Positions 1 through 11,670 of a DNA stretch of 64,000 nt are shown here, one piece after another. Positions within the stretch are counted from its first letter, which is position 1. Every line of letters begins with the position of its first letter. The stretch is from Octopus vulgaris (Eukaryota). The notes beneath the pieces are model-generated. The model was not told the DNA's origin, made no database searches, and saw nothing but the letters and a program-made list of their open reading frames with translations. The stretch spans positions 44,020,001-44,084,000 of the forward strand of contig OX597818.1 of NCBI GenBank assembly GCA_951406725.2, written 5' to 3'. Both the position numbers and the translations under genes were made by a program.

Positions 1-100
1 AACCAACATTGACATCCAATCCAGTTTGCAATTTGTGGACCACTGCCATACCATCCTGCATGTTTTGTTGGTAATTTAACCGATCAGCTTCTGAGGCTGT
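1..100 (-). CDS. MINDY2: Next MINDY exon, continuing beyond the window start
   Basis: Acceptor tctttttcctttatgaacag| at 101/100, in phase 0 with the upstream donor. Translates TASEADRLNYQQNMQDGMAVVHKLQTGLDVNVG, matching the MINDY motif LNFQQN..DAM..L.KL.TGLDVNV. Not listed in the ORF track. Confidence 0.93.
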
Positions 101-1261
101 CTGTTCATAAAGGAAAAAGACAATAAGATTTCAACATTCAGAAACACTCTCTAAGAATAAATTTTAAAATTGTAAAGGTTATTATTAGAACAGTGAATTG
201 ACAGAAGTATCAGAGTAAATTCCTTGTGGTATTTAGTTCTATTTAGACATTAGTGTTTTAAGTTCAAGTCCTTCCAGTGAAGACTGTCTTGATCAACTTT
301 CTAGGATTGACAAATTTGTTTACAATAACCAAATCAATTGATCTGAATAAATTCATGGTTTTTTTATATAAAGTTGTTTCCTCTAAGTCAGTTCTGACTA
401 AGAAGAGACATTCCTCAAAGGCCTTCCAGCTGTGAATATTAGACCTTTATTTCAGATATTGTAAATCTAGGGTATTATCTGAAGGAGATTTGGGTACTAT
501 TTCTAATGAGTAGAGCAATTACATAGAAGATCTGTCATACAGTTGTCAATGTTCAGTTTTATGAAATGCCATTGATATAAAAAGGTCCTGCTTGGCAAAT
601 CAAGAATTTTAAACCTGTTTAATTTGATTTGATTCTTCTATAACAGCAATTCAAACTTTATTCAATATTTCTTTATAAGCACATGCCACTGTAAGATTGT
701 TTATATAATAATTGTTCTTAGTTCATACTTTCAATTATATTTTATATGAAAATGCAAATTTAATTTCTGAATTAAAGTGGAAGACTAAATCTAATCAATA
801 ATCAATAGACCAAATACATGTATAACACAAGTTAATAATTGCATATAAATTCATGCATATGAATATATTTTCCAATTTACTTGTCAGAAACCAGAAACAT
901 TATGTAAATTTAGCACAATTAAGATGGAATACTCTAAGGAATATTAATTACATAAACTTGAAACTGGAGAAATTCCTGTTCATCAATACCATTATCTTGG
1001 AATATATATAAACTAAAAGCTTTAAGCATCAGATCAAATTAAATTAAAAACTTTAATTTTGCACAAATCTCGTGAAACCTAATCTGAATATAATTTGAAT
1101 TTAACTTAAAGAATGAGTTTAAATAACAAACTGTGAGGTTTTAAGAACAGTTTCTTTCATTAAGAAGAACAGTCAATGCATAAAATAAGAGAAAAAAATG
1201 ATTCTTGGAAGTTTGGGAGTTAAAACTGGAAAGAACCTTTTATATTTTAAATGATTTTTAA

Positions 1262-1620
1262 GGCGATGAGCTGGCAGAAACGTTAGCATTCTGGGCAAAA
1301 TGCTTAGCAGTATTTCGTCGGCCGCAACGTTCTGAGTTCAGATTCTGCCGGGGTCGACTTCCCCTTTCATCCTTTTGGAGTCGCTATAATTGACTTAATC
1401 CGTTTGTCTGTCCTTGTTTGTCCTCTCTGTGTTTAGCCCCTTGTGGGCAGTAAAGAAATAGGAATTTCACCTATTTTTACATTCTGAATTCAAAAGCCAC
1501 TGAGGTTGATTTTGCCTTGCTTCCTTTTGGGAATGATAAAATAAAGTACCAGTTGCTTACTTGAGTTGTTGGTATCAACTAGCCCCTTCCCCCTAAATTT
1601 CAGGCCTTGTGCCTAAATGT
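1262..1620 (+). mobile_element. SINE family C (tRNA-like head), two-unit composite, inside the MINDY intron
   Basis: Head ggcgatgagctggcagaaacgttagc, B-box-like gagttcagattc, body ggtcgacttcccctttcatcctttt; a second headless unit follows aaagaaatagg. Same family at 23829, 33893, 53805 and 63195. Confidence 0.8.
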
Positions 1621-1710
1621 CAATAATAATAGAAAAAAAAAGCAACAACAAAAATAAGAAAAAAATTTATGAATTGAAAGAGAGAAAATAGTTTTTTTTT
1701 TTCTGCTTAC

Positions 1711-2795
1711 CTTAGGAACATTTTGCAGGATGCATTCACCTAAGTGATCCATAAGTTGTTCTGAAGTAATTAATTCTGAAGTAGAATCCAGAGTTACTCG
1801 CCCTTGTAGCAACAATACATTCATTATTGCCAGCAACGGGCATGGACCATTTTCATTTTGAGTAATAATGGGTACCTTTTGTGATTGAAAATGAATCCAT
1901 TTTATATGGTAAATACTCTGCACAGAAGATGAGCCATCTAGGGCAATTTTAGATAAACCTTGTCCATTCTCACTGTCAGCAGTTTCTATAGGGATACCGT
2001 CAATATCTTTATCTGAAGGAATACTCAATGACTCAGAAGGTGTTATGTCCTGAGAGTCTGTATCACTGCGCTTAGATAAGTGGTCGTCTACATCTTTGGA
2101 AGAATCCGCCAAAGACAAGCTAGTTTTGGAAATGACCCTTTCAGACCTTTTAGGCACTTCACAACTGGCACTTGCATGAGCAGCTGTGGCATCATTATCA
2201 CTTTCTGCCAATGAAAGTTCAACTTTAACACCGTGACCTTCATTTTGTGGCAAACTAGAAGCTTCCCTGCTATTTTGTTGTTGCACATGTGTATTAGCAC
2301 CTAAATCTGAAATTGCTATATTTTGTTGGTTTTGCTCAGTTTGCAAATCCACAGGAGATATGTTGGTACACTTGCCACCAGTGTTTATTTTTTCCAAAGG
2401 CAGCTCTGAAGATGAATTTGAAGTTAGGCAACAAGAATTATTATCCCAGCCGTCTCCCCTCTGAGTTGTACATATTTCTGATTTATCACTGATCGAAGAT
2501 TGTTTTTTAGAACCAGGAACATTATCAAGGTTGGAATCGGCAGAATCTAAAAGGTTTAAAGAAGTTTTGTTTGCATCGCTAGTGTTTACATCAAGATTAG
2601 TTTCTTTAAGAGAATTTGAAGATTCGTGACTTGGTGAATCTGTGGGTTTCATGAAATTTATCTCCCTTGAGTTGTCCACAGTATCTTCCCCTGAACTTAA
2701 TGTTGCAGCAGTTGAAATAGCAGCAGTAGACTGATTATCCATTTGCTTGTGTTTTGAAGACACTTCGTTAAGAGTTCCATCTTGAGAAATATTAG
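1711..2795 (-). CDS. MINDY2: Exon of a MINDY1/2 (FAM63A/B)-like K48 deubiquitinase: long disordered N-terminus plus start of the catalytic domain
   Basis: Translation contains IYHIKWI..KVPIITQNENGPCPLLAIMNVLLL..ITSEQLMDHLGECIL, the MINDY catalytic-Cys region (Cys codon 1840-1842). Acceptor: polypyrimidine tract, then tttatag|ct at 2796/2795. Phase-0 donor: AAG|gtaagc at 1711/1710. First in-frame ATG (MDNQ) at 2742. MINDY1 versus MINDY2 orthology cannot be resolved from this sequence. Confidence 0.92.
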
Positions 2796-3045
2796 CTATA
2801 AAATTTAAAAAAAAAAGAAAATGAAAAGCGTTAGCATAAAATGTTTGGAAAGAATTGTATACTAACAAGCACATGTGCATTCAATAATATCAAGTAAAAA
2901 ATATATGATGGAAAAACAGCTAAAATCTTTGAATTTGTATTATCCATTCCTCCACCCAAATAAAAACTAGCAGCACTTCTTAGAATGCATAAGCGAGGGA
3001 GATACAACTTCAAATAGAAGTGATTGAAAAATAAACAATACAATA

Positions 3046-3449
3046 GGCGCAGGAGTGGCTGTGTGGTAAGTAGCTTGCCTACCAACCACATGGTTCTGGG
3101 TTCAGTCCCACTGCGTGGCATCTTGGGCAAGTGTCTTCTGCTATAGCCTCAGGCCGACCAATGCCTTGTGAGTGGATTTGGTAGACGGAAACTGAAAGAA
3201 GCCTGTCGTATATATGTATATATATGTATGTATGTGTATGTATATGTATGTGCGTCTGTGTTTGTCCCCCACAACATTGCTTGACAACCGATGCTGGTGT
3301 GTTTACGTCCCCGTCACTTAGCGGTTTGGCAAAAGAGACCAATAGAATAAGTATTGGGCTTACAAAGAATAAGTCCGGGGTCGATTTGCTCAACTAAAGG
3401 CGGTGCTCCAGCATGGCCACAGTCAAATGACTGAAAAGAGTAAAAGAGT
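3046..3449 (+). mobile_element. SINE family A (tRNA head, CORE-like body, internal microsatellite, LINE-like tail)
   Basis: A-box-like tggctgtgtggt, B-box-like gggttcagtccc, CORE-like ttgggcaagtgtctt, tail cagcatggccacagtcaaatgactgaaa. About 12 copies in the window. Confidence 0.88.
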
Positions 3450-3552
3450 AATGAAAACACCAAATAAGACAAGTAGTAGAAATATAGCACTTGAGGATGG
3501 CTAGATCTACAATGAAAGAACTCCTCCATATAATAATCCTTAACATTTATAT

Positions 3553-4555
3553 GTTAGTTAGTTAGTTAGTTAGTTAATTTGGCTCAAAAGCAAATAGCAA
3601 GGCCATGTAGGGGGACATGGAGTTAAGTACAGGGTGGTGTTCATGTAAAGAGTTCAGGCTACTTGAGGTCCAGGGAGGCTTTGAACAAAGCGGTCGTCGG
3701 CATCTTCACCATCTCGTCTGGCAGCTTGTTCCACGGATCCGCAACCCGGACGGAGAAAGCTCCTCTCCTTTGATTGAGATGAAATCATCGCAGGTAGAGC
3801 TTTTCGGAATGTCCCCGCAGCCGACGCTCCGGAGCAGGAGTGAAGAACAGCTCTTTCGAGAGGTTACACTTCCCGCTTATGATGTTGTGGGCGAGAATGA
3901 GATCACCACGGCGGCGGCGTTTTTCAAGAGAATAAAGGTCGAGTGTCCTCAGCCTTTCTTCGTAGGACAAATTTTTGAGACCATGAACAATGCGGGTAGC
4001 CAGCCTCTGGACTCTTTCGAGGTGCTGTATGTCTTTGAGGAGATAAGGAGAAGAGGCTTGAATCCCATACTCCAATATGGGTCTCACCAGCGTGACATAG
4101 AGTGGCAGGAATATGGCTGCTGTGAGCATTCCGAATGACCGTCGAATCAAAAACAGAATTCCGCGCGCTTTGTTGGCAGCATGGACGCACTGGGCCGAAG
4201 GCGAAAAGGAGGAATCCACCAAGATACCCAGGTCCTTTACCTGATTGGTCCTCTCCAGCAGCAGACGACCCGGCTCGAAATCAAGTTGAGTTGCAGGAGT
4301 AGAGCCGACAGGCAGATGACAGCACTTTGACACGTTCAGACACAGGTCCGAATCATTAGACCACTTCCAAATTTGGTGGAGGCATCGACGAAGATCCTCT
4401 ATACTACCGCGAGGAGCGACCAGTTTGATATCGTCGGCAAATAGAAGGGTGTGTTGTGTGAGGTCGTCGGGCAAGTCATTTATGAAGACTAAGAACAACA
4501 AGGGCCCAAGCACTGAACCTTGAGGCACGCCACTGCTCGCACTGGAGACGTCGGA
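3553..4555 (-). mobile_element. Young 5'-truncated CR1-clade LINE (RT C-terminal half, 3' UTR, (AACT)n tail)
   Basis: ORF 3785-4615 has SGVPQGSVLGPLLFLVFINDL, LFADDIKL, KDLGI, YVTLVRPILEYG and LERVQR. The frame continues past premature stops at 3785 (TGA) and 3659 (TAG) to FSVRVADPWNKLP..LFKASLD, ending at a stop at 3641. Tail (gtta)n at 3553-3577. CpG-rich. Confidence 0.93.
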
Positions 4556-4938
4556 CCGCGAATTACGAGCAAAAGGCCCCCCCCCCACTTCCAATGGACG
4601 GTGCTGAGTTGTCAAATATTTAAACCAAATTTTCTCAAAACAACTTGTCCGACCGTCCCATAGGCCTCCCTTTTGAGAAACACTGATTTAACCTAAATTT
4701 GAGACGCCAGCAAAAGACGGATTTCGACTGCTGTACTTGCGCATACAAATGTACGATCCCATGGCTTTATCGATCGCATTCTCACCTAGAATTGATTTTT
4801 GTAATTTTTTCAAAACTTATACACGCCCTGATACCATCAGTATCTACATATCAAATTTGAGCGCAATCAGATGGAGGATGCCCGAGATCCTAGAAGACAC
4901 ACACACACAGACAGACAGAACGGATTTTATATAATGGA
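4556..4938 (-). mobile_element. 5' part of a non-autonomous Helitron-like element, fused to the CR1 fragment
   Basis: Minus strand begins A|TCCATTATATAAAATCCGTT followed by (CTGT)n(GT)n, the TC-start plus microsatellite layout of Lep1-type non-autonomous Helitrons. No 3' hairpin/CTAG seen. Confidence 0.6.
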
Positions 4939-5084
4939 TAAAGTAATGGTAATTAAAGCTCTTAAGAAGCTTGTAGATTGTGGGAGTTGTTATAACCCAT
5001 GTTTAACAGCATTATTAGTTTACATGTAGATTTACTTGGCTAAGTAAAATTGAAGTCATCCAAACATACAATCAAGTCCTTTGT

Positions 5085-5387
5085 AGATGTCGGTGCCATG
5101 TGAAATGCACTTGTGGAGTTGCCATGTAAAATGCACTTGTACTGGTGCCAGGCAAGATGCACTCATACCAGTGCATGTAAAATGCACTCATGCTGGTGCT
5201 GCGTAAACGCCCCCAGCACACTCTGTAAAGTGGCTGGCTTTAGGAAGGGCATCCAGCTGTAGAAACCATGCCAAAAGAGACAACTGAAGTCTGGACATCT
5301 CCCTGGCTGACCAACTCCTGTCAAACCGTCCAACCCATGCCAGCATGGAAAACAGATTAAACGATGATTATGATGATGATGATGATG
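5085..5387 (+). mobile_element. Family B element (RTE-type LINE 3' UTR fragment), variant with short tandem subunits
   Basis: ttaggaagggcatccagctgtagaaa, ccaacccatgccagcatggaaa and (gat)n tail, preceded by ~5 gtgccatgtaaaatgcac-like subunits. Confidence 0.8.
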
Positions 5388-5580
5388 AGTGGTGAGCTGA
5401 AAGAATCATTAGTGAGTTGGACAAAATGCTTAGCAGCGTTTCTGCCAGTTGTTTACATTCTGAGTTCAATTTCTACTGGGGTTGACTTTGCCTTTTGTCC
5501 CTCAGGGATCAATAAAATAAAGTATTAGGTTGTTAGTTTAGACTAATTCTCTTTCCTCAAAATTGCTGGCTTTGTGCAAA
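5388..5580 (+). mobile_element. Older SINE family C copy
   Basis: ggtgagctgaaagaatcattag..ctgagttcaa..ggttgactttgcctttt. Confidence 0.7.
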
Positions 5581-5817
5581 AAACAACAAAAAATCCCCAT
5601 TATTAGTTCACATGCAATGCTGAGAAATGATTTTTTTTTTTCAAGTCAATCGACATATTTTTATGATTTTTTAGAGAAACTTTGTAACAATTTCTCTACA
5701 TAATCATAATTTCCACATCTGTCAAGTTCAGTAAATCCTTGCTCTTTTAACTCTGTCAAATCTCCAAATCTAGATGACACAAACTTTTACCCTCAAACAT
5801 TTTTCTGGTTGAAATAC

Positions 5818-6080
5818 ACCAAAAAATGGCGACACAGCAGTAAAAAAATCGTAAAAAACAGGGATTTTCATAGAAAAAAAAGCACCTTTTTGATGTAAAT
5901 AATTTTTGGTCTTAACATGGTCCGATTTGAATTTTTTCTTCTATGGAATGAAAAGCAAGCCTTCTTCTATCAGACTCTCAATTTTAGTTAACTTGTGCCA
6001 GAGGATCTCGGAGGAGATAATGTTAGTTGAAGGCTACCAAACCTGCCACACACACACACACACACACAGACAACTTCAGC

Positions 6081-6090
<10 letters not shown>
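5818..6090 (-). mobile_element. Helitron-like non-autonomous fragment adjoining (TA)n
   Basis: Plus strand ends (ca)n cagacaacttcagctttat(ta)n, the same layout as the ends at 4900-4938 and 33760-33796. Confidence 0.5.
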
Positions 6091-6120
<30 letters not shown>

Positions 6121-7585
6121 GATATGTCCTAAACTTATCAAATCAAAGTCCTTTTACTGCCCATACCATATCCATCAGAGATGACTGTATATTCTCACAA
6201 TATGAACTCTGATGTCCTACAATGGCTCAGCATCAAACTCACATTATTAGTCATCTATCAATAACACTAAATTTGTACTTTCTTAAGCAAATGACAGAAC
6301 CCTTAACTCCTGTAAATCTATTGCTTTGTCCATTGATAATATTGGCAACCCCCATTAAATATCGACTTCCATGAAGATTTTCACCTAATTTTTCAAGAGG
6401 GAATTCACAGCAATCTCATGTTAGATGATAAGTCTTTACATAGACATTCAATCTGCAAGAATTTGCAGTAAAATCCTCCTTGTGTACTACCCAGCAATCT
6501 TAAAATTTGATAAATATTCAAAACACACAATTGAAGTAATACTAAATTAAAATAGCTCTCTATGTATCATACTTAATGTAAATACATTGTTGAAAGAAAA
6601 AGTTACTGCAATGTCCATCTCTTATGGACAAGCTGTGTTTAAAAAACAATTATAGGAGGATGATGAAAAATCATCCTAGCAAGAATGCCTGATGCATCTT
6701 ATCAAGGGCCAGTGAGATTTGTCATTGCCGATATAATAAAAACAAATACTTTATAAAGTTGGCTGAATGATGTAAACTCATTTGATTGGAACAATTTTTT
6801 AACATTCACATCTTGACTTTCACATGTGCAAACCCTGTCAGAGAATGACAGAAGCTATGATTCTGAATGAAGTGAGTTTTAACCTCAATCTACAAAGGTA
6901 AACATTATACAAAAGTTTACAAAATCCTCACAGAAGAACATCCAAATAACAAATATTTACAAATAATTCAGAAAAAATACACAACTTTAAAGAAAAAATA
7001 AGAACAATACCAATATCAATAAAAATGAAAACAAAAAGCATTATTATCTCTTTTCCCAACATCACAGGTCCGCACAAAATGCATCTCAAAATAAACACTT
7101 CAAGCACAAAGATAAACTTTATAAACACACACACACACACTCTCTCTCTCTCTCTCTCTCTCTCTAAATAAATAAATACTAACAGCATTAAAAACACCTT
7201 TAAAGCAATAATTCGGGAAACATTCTTACTGACTGGACTCAAATATGCAGCATTTCAAAATTATATTCAAAGCAATGAGACAGACACTTTGACAGCGGAA
7301 GTGGACTTCTAACATGTATAAGAACTTGCATTGAGTATACAGATAGATAACACAAAAGACACTGAATATGTTTATAAACCAGCAACAAAAAGAGTGCACA
7401 CGTACACAAACACAGACACACAAAACAAACAAAAAAAGGGAAGAAACTGTCTTAGACCTTTTAGTTTGTGCAAAACATGATTCTACTAAAGCACTGTTCC
7501 TTTCTATACAGCCTGTTAGTATTTGTGGGAAGGCTGACTGAGGTAGCCATTTGGATTTCTGGATCTCCTTTCATTTGTTTTACAG

Positions 7586-7635
<50 letters not shown>

Positions 7636-7641
<6 letters not shown>

Positions 7642-7975
7642 AGAAAAAGGGTCTCCTTCAGTCATGAACAACCATGGGATTGCACCTACAAAGTTACCCT
7701 CCGATGCACAAACCTGGGCAAGGTTGTTTATAGAAGATCAGCAGTTGCCCATGCACACCAGCCTCCCCTCTCCATGCCACCAGTCTTATCCAAGGGAAAG
7801 GCAAGAGCCGATGCAGCTTGGCACCAGTGATGTTGCAACTCATTTCTACAAATGAGTGAACTGGAGCAACATGAAATAAAGTGTCTTGATCAAGAACACA
7901 ACATACAGCCTCGTCTGGGAATTGAACTCACTACCTAATGATTACAAGTCCAACACTAACCACTGAGCCATGTAC
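7636..7975 (-). mobile_element. tRNA-derived SINE (family F)
   Basis: Minus strand: catggctcagtggttag (A box), gagttcaattccc (B box), CORE-like tgtgttcttgatcaagacactttat. Its 3' end abuts (TA)n. Confidence 0.78.
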
Positions 7976-7987
7976 TTTCACAGATAT

Positions 7988-8039
<52 letters not shown>

Positions 8040-8118
8040 CATATATATACCAATAATACCATATTTGTTCCACGTCCTCGCATTGTGTTTTTTTGTGCTT
8101 TCATGTTTGAATTAACTA

Positions 8119-8300
8119 ACTATATATATATATATATACATATACATACACACATATATACATACATACATACACACATATATACATACATACATACACA
8201 CATATATACATACATACATACACACATATATACATACATACACACATATATACATACACACACACATATATACACACATATATATATATACATACACACA
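8119..8300 (+). repeat. Compound (TA/CA) micro/minisatellite with ~20-bp unit cacatatatacatacataca
   Basis: Tandem array visible directly; it explains the HTHIYTYI and CVYVCIY ORFs. Confidence 0.95.
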
Positions 8301-8714
8301 TCCATGTACATGCACATATGTTCATTAGTTTTCCACCAATTTTTTACATGCTAGCACTGGTTAAATGAATGCATATTGAAGCATTATTTTACAGCCAGGT
8401 ACCCTTCCTGTTGCTAATCCTTATCTAGATTTTTCATTACACTTACCTTCAAAAACATAGAGCTAGTGGGATGATTTATTAACAGGGAAATGTCAACAAA
8501 CATCACAGTCTGTAGGTGAGCTCAGCACAGAATATATTCATACACAATCACACACAATGGCCTTTGTACAGTTTTCATCTACTAAATTCATTCACAAGGC
8601 ATTGGTTAGCCCAGGGCTAAAGAAGCAGACACCTGCCCAAGGTGGTGCACAGTGAGATTGAACCTAGATCCACATGACTGCAAAGCAAACCTCTTAACCA
8701 CACAAACCAACGTT

Positions 8715-10420
8715 ACCAACAACAACAATACTTTAATAACTCCTACAAACACAATCATTGCAGGAGACCTCAATGCACTTTACACCTTGTTTACAAATAC
8801 AGGTAACAAAATGAGTAACATCTGTACAATTAAACTCCCCTTAGATTCTAAACAATCCATACTATACACACACCACACTATACACAATCAAGCCAACTTC
8901 AACTACATCACCTTCTGGTTCTCACACCTAGCTACCACATGACAAACAATTATCCAACTTTTCTTGATCACCAATAAATTATCACAATCTACTCGTACAA
9001 CATTGAAAAAAAACCAAACCCATTTTTACACGCCTGAACAAAAAGCACAATTGTATGAATTACATCGAGAGATACAATCAAGGTTTTTGGAATTTAACAC
9101 TACCATGACCACCAACACAAACATAGCAGAACACATATTCAACAAAATAATTATAGATGCATCCAAAAAGAACATACTGTAAAGCAACATAAAAAAATTC
9201 CCAAACAATCACAATTGCATACCATAAATAACCAACCTCACAAACCAGCGACAACCTCAAAGACAATAGACTTCACATTTAATATCAAACAACTAAAAAC
9301 GGAAATGAATAAATAAAAATAATGAATAAAAAGAAATTATATCATTGCAAGACTGGTACACAACTGGTTGAATACAAACCATAAAACTAACATAAAAACA
9401 CTATGTAGAGAAGTAATTCGCAACATAAACAAAGATCACACCACATCCGTATCACAATAGCCTCAAATAACATATACCCACACTGCAACATGAAGCAAAC
9501 ATCCCTGTCAGACATTTCTTGTAAACCAACCAGCAAAGACCACATAATGAAAACAGGAACACAAAGCAAATAATAAGCACCTTCCATCTTGAGATCAACA
9601 TTTTGATCCTTTCCTTTCCAACAGACACCAAAAAAAAAAGCAAAAGAGAAATCTAAAAAGCTCAAAAGCCTCATGGGTCAGACAAAATCACAAGCATACA
9701 ACTAAAACATCTAGGGCCTGAAGGAATAACTGCACTCACCAACAAACACTGTACAATTCCCAGAATCTGAAAGCTGAGCAAAATTATAATTGTTAAAACT
9801 TAACAGAAACAGAACTCGAGTAACATCACAGACACATTCGTTCATTCATTCATTCAACACTGGTCCTTGATATCACTAAACAGCACATACCCCTTTCCAA
9901 ACCTCAACATAAATTCAGACCTCAACAGTCAACCACTACACTACTCACACACTTAAAAAATATACATGTTGCCTTCAACAAAAGTCATGCCACACATACC
10001 ATTCTTACCACTGGTGACATTAACAATGCTTTCTACTTGATTTCCTGCTAACCAGATATATAAAATATACTCACTTTAGGAAATAATATAAAACAACACC
10101 TATGTATAATGCACAAGAACAACACTTCCGAAACCTGCAATTCTCCTTGAATGGACCTATAGGGACTGTCTTCCTTTTCATTCTTTTTAACCAATAGCAA
10201 CTTTACGAAAACAGTCAGGTGTGTGTGTGATGCCTTCATACAGATGGTTCCACACTTACATGCTTCCACCATTCACCAGATATTGTTGTATAACTACTAG
10301 AGCTTTATTTAAATCACCCAGAAACCTTGTGCCACAACATCAGACATCATTGTGCCCCTTCTTACCAAAAACCACCATGTTCCACATTAGGTTCACAGAA
10401 ATAAATACAAATGGTGTAAC
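8715..10420 (+). mobile_element. Old, heavily degraded LINE ORF2 (APE endonuclease to RT remnants)
   Basis: TIIAGDLNA endonuclease motif near 8750, A/C-rich sense strand, gacattaacaatgctttc (DI.KAF-like) near 10016, many stops and deletions. Confidence 0.6.
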
Positions 10421-10926
10421 AAATGATACAGTAGACTATGCTAATCCTCTCTTCACAACAAGCCACTAAGAATAGAAAATGGTGGACTATGCTTCAAGGC
10501 CCACACACAACTGGCTTTCACTAAATGAAAAATCACTTCCAAATCTCCAGCTACATATATACAAACATATATATATATATATACATACATACATACATAT
10601 ATGACGGCTGCCCCCTTGTCATCGAGTATGGCCATTGCACAAGGCTTAACTGTTATCAGTACTGTGATCGAATGTGACTCTTTAGCCCAGCTAAAGATTT
10701 ACAATGTCTTGTACATACATAAATACATATATCATCATCATTGTTTAACGTCCGCTTTCCATGCTAGCATGGATTGGATATATATATTAGTTATGGTATA
10801 TTATGTTAAGAATATATTAGAGTACAGTATAAGAGACGTCCACCTTCAGATTTCACCCAGTGTTATCTAGTAGCAGTATTATAATTACTTCCAGGTTTGT
10901 GATTGGGCTTCTGTCATGCATGAATA

Positions 10927-11240
10927 GATAATTGAAAAAATTGGAGCCAACAAGAAGGAGTACAGTTGGTTTAGCAACAACACACCTTGATAAACTCAGT
11001 GGCTACTACTAACTTCAGACCATGACAGAGAGGATGCTCTTGAAACTGAGAATTTGAACTTATAGAGACAATATTTACATATCACCTGAAGAAACACAAC
11101 TAGATCTCATAATGCAGGGAAACGGTTGCATGATCAAACACCTGCATACCTAGAGAACTACACTGCATAGAAACAATTGTAGTGATTGAAAATAAATGTC
11201 CAACCATACTCCTTGTTGACTCCTATTTTGTTCAATTATA
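10927..11240 (+). mobile_element. Penelope-like fragment with an inverted terminal segment and a degenerate hammerhead core
   Basis: 10927-10970 is an imperfect inverted copy of 11200-11240. CTGAAGA at 11086 and GAAAC at 11119. Confidence 0.45.
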
Positions 11241-11271
11241 TATATGTATATATATATATATATTAAAATAT

Positions 11272-11670
11272 ACAGGAGTGGCCGTGTGGTAAGTAGCTTG
11301 CTTACCAACCACATGGTTCCAGGTTCAGTCTCACTGTGTGGCACTTTGGGCAAGTGTCTTCTACGATAGCCTTGGGTCGACCAAAGCCTTGTGAGTGGAT
11401 TTGGTAGACGGAAGCTGAAAGAAGCTTGTCATATATATGTAAAAATATATATATGTGTGTATGTTTGTGTGTCGGTGCTTGCCCCCCCCACCCCCACCAC
11501 ATTGCTTGACAACCAATGCTGGTGTGTTTGCGTCCCCGTAACTTAGTGGTTTGGCAAAAGAGACCGATAGAATAAGTACTAAGCTTACTAAGTCCTGGGG
11601 GCGATTTGCTCGACTAAAGGCGGTGCTCCAGCATGGCCACAGTCAAATGACTGGAACAAGTAAAAGAGTA
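11272..11670 (+). mobile_element. SINE family A
   Basis: Near-identical to 3046-3449. Confidence 0.88.

Noticed and set aside
1600-1710. C-terminal part of the 426-aa ORF (VSRKKKTIF..) and its N-terminal MHMCLLV..FLFFL segment (2796-2880)
   Set aside because: Read-through into introns beyond the gtaagc donor and before the polypyrimidine/AG acceptor; not protein.
3046-3120. tRNA-like sequences at SINE heads
   Set aside because: No complete cloverleaf, and they continue into the SINE body; not tRNA genes.
3617-4138. 173-aa plus-strand ORF
   Set aside because: Antisense shadow of the GC-rich CR1 RT frame; no recognisable motif.
7938-8354. ORFs rich in HTHIY and CVYV
   Set aside because: Stop-free frames of TA/CA microsatellites.
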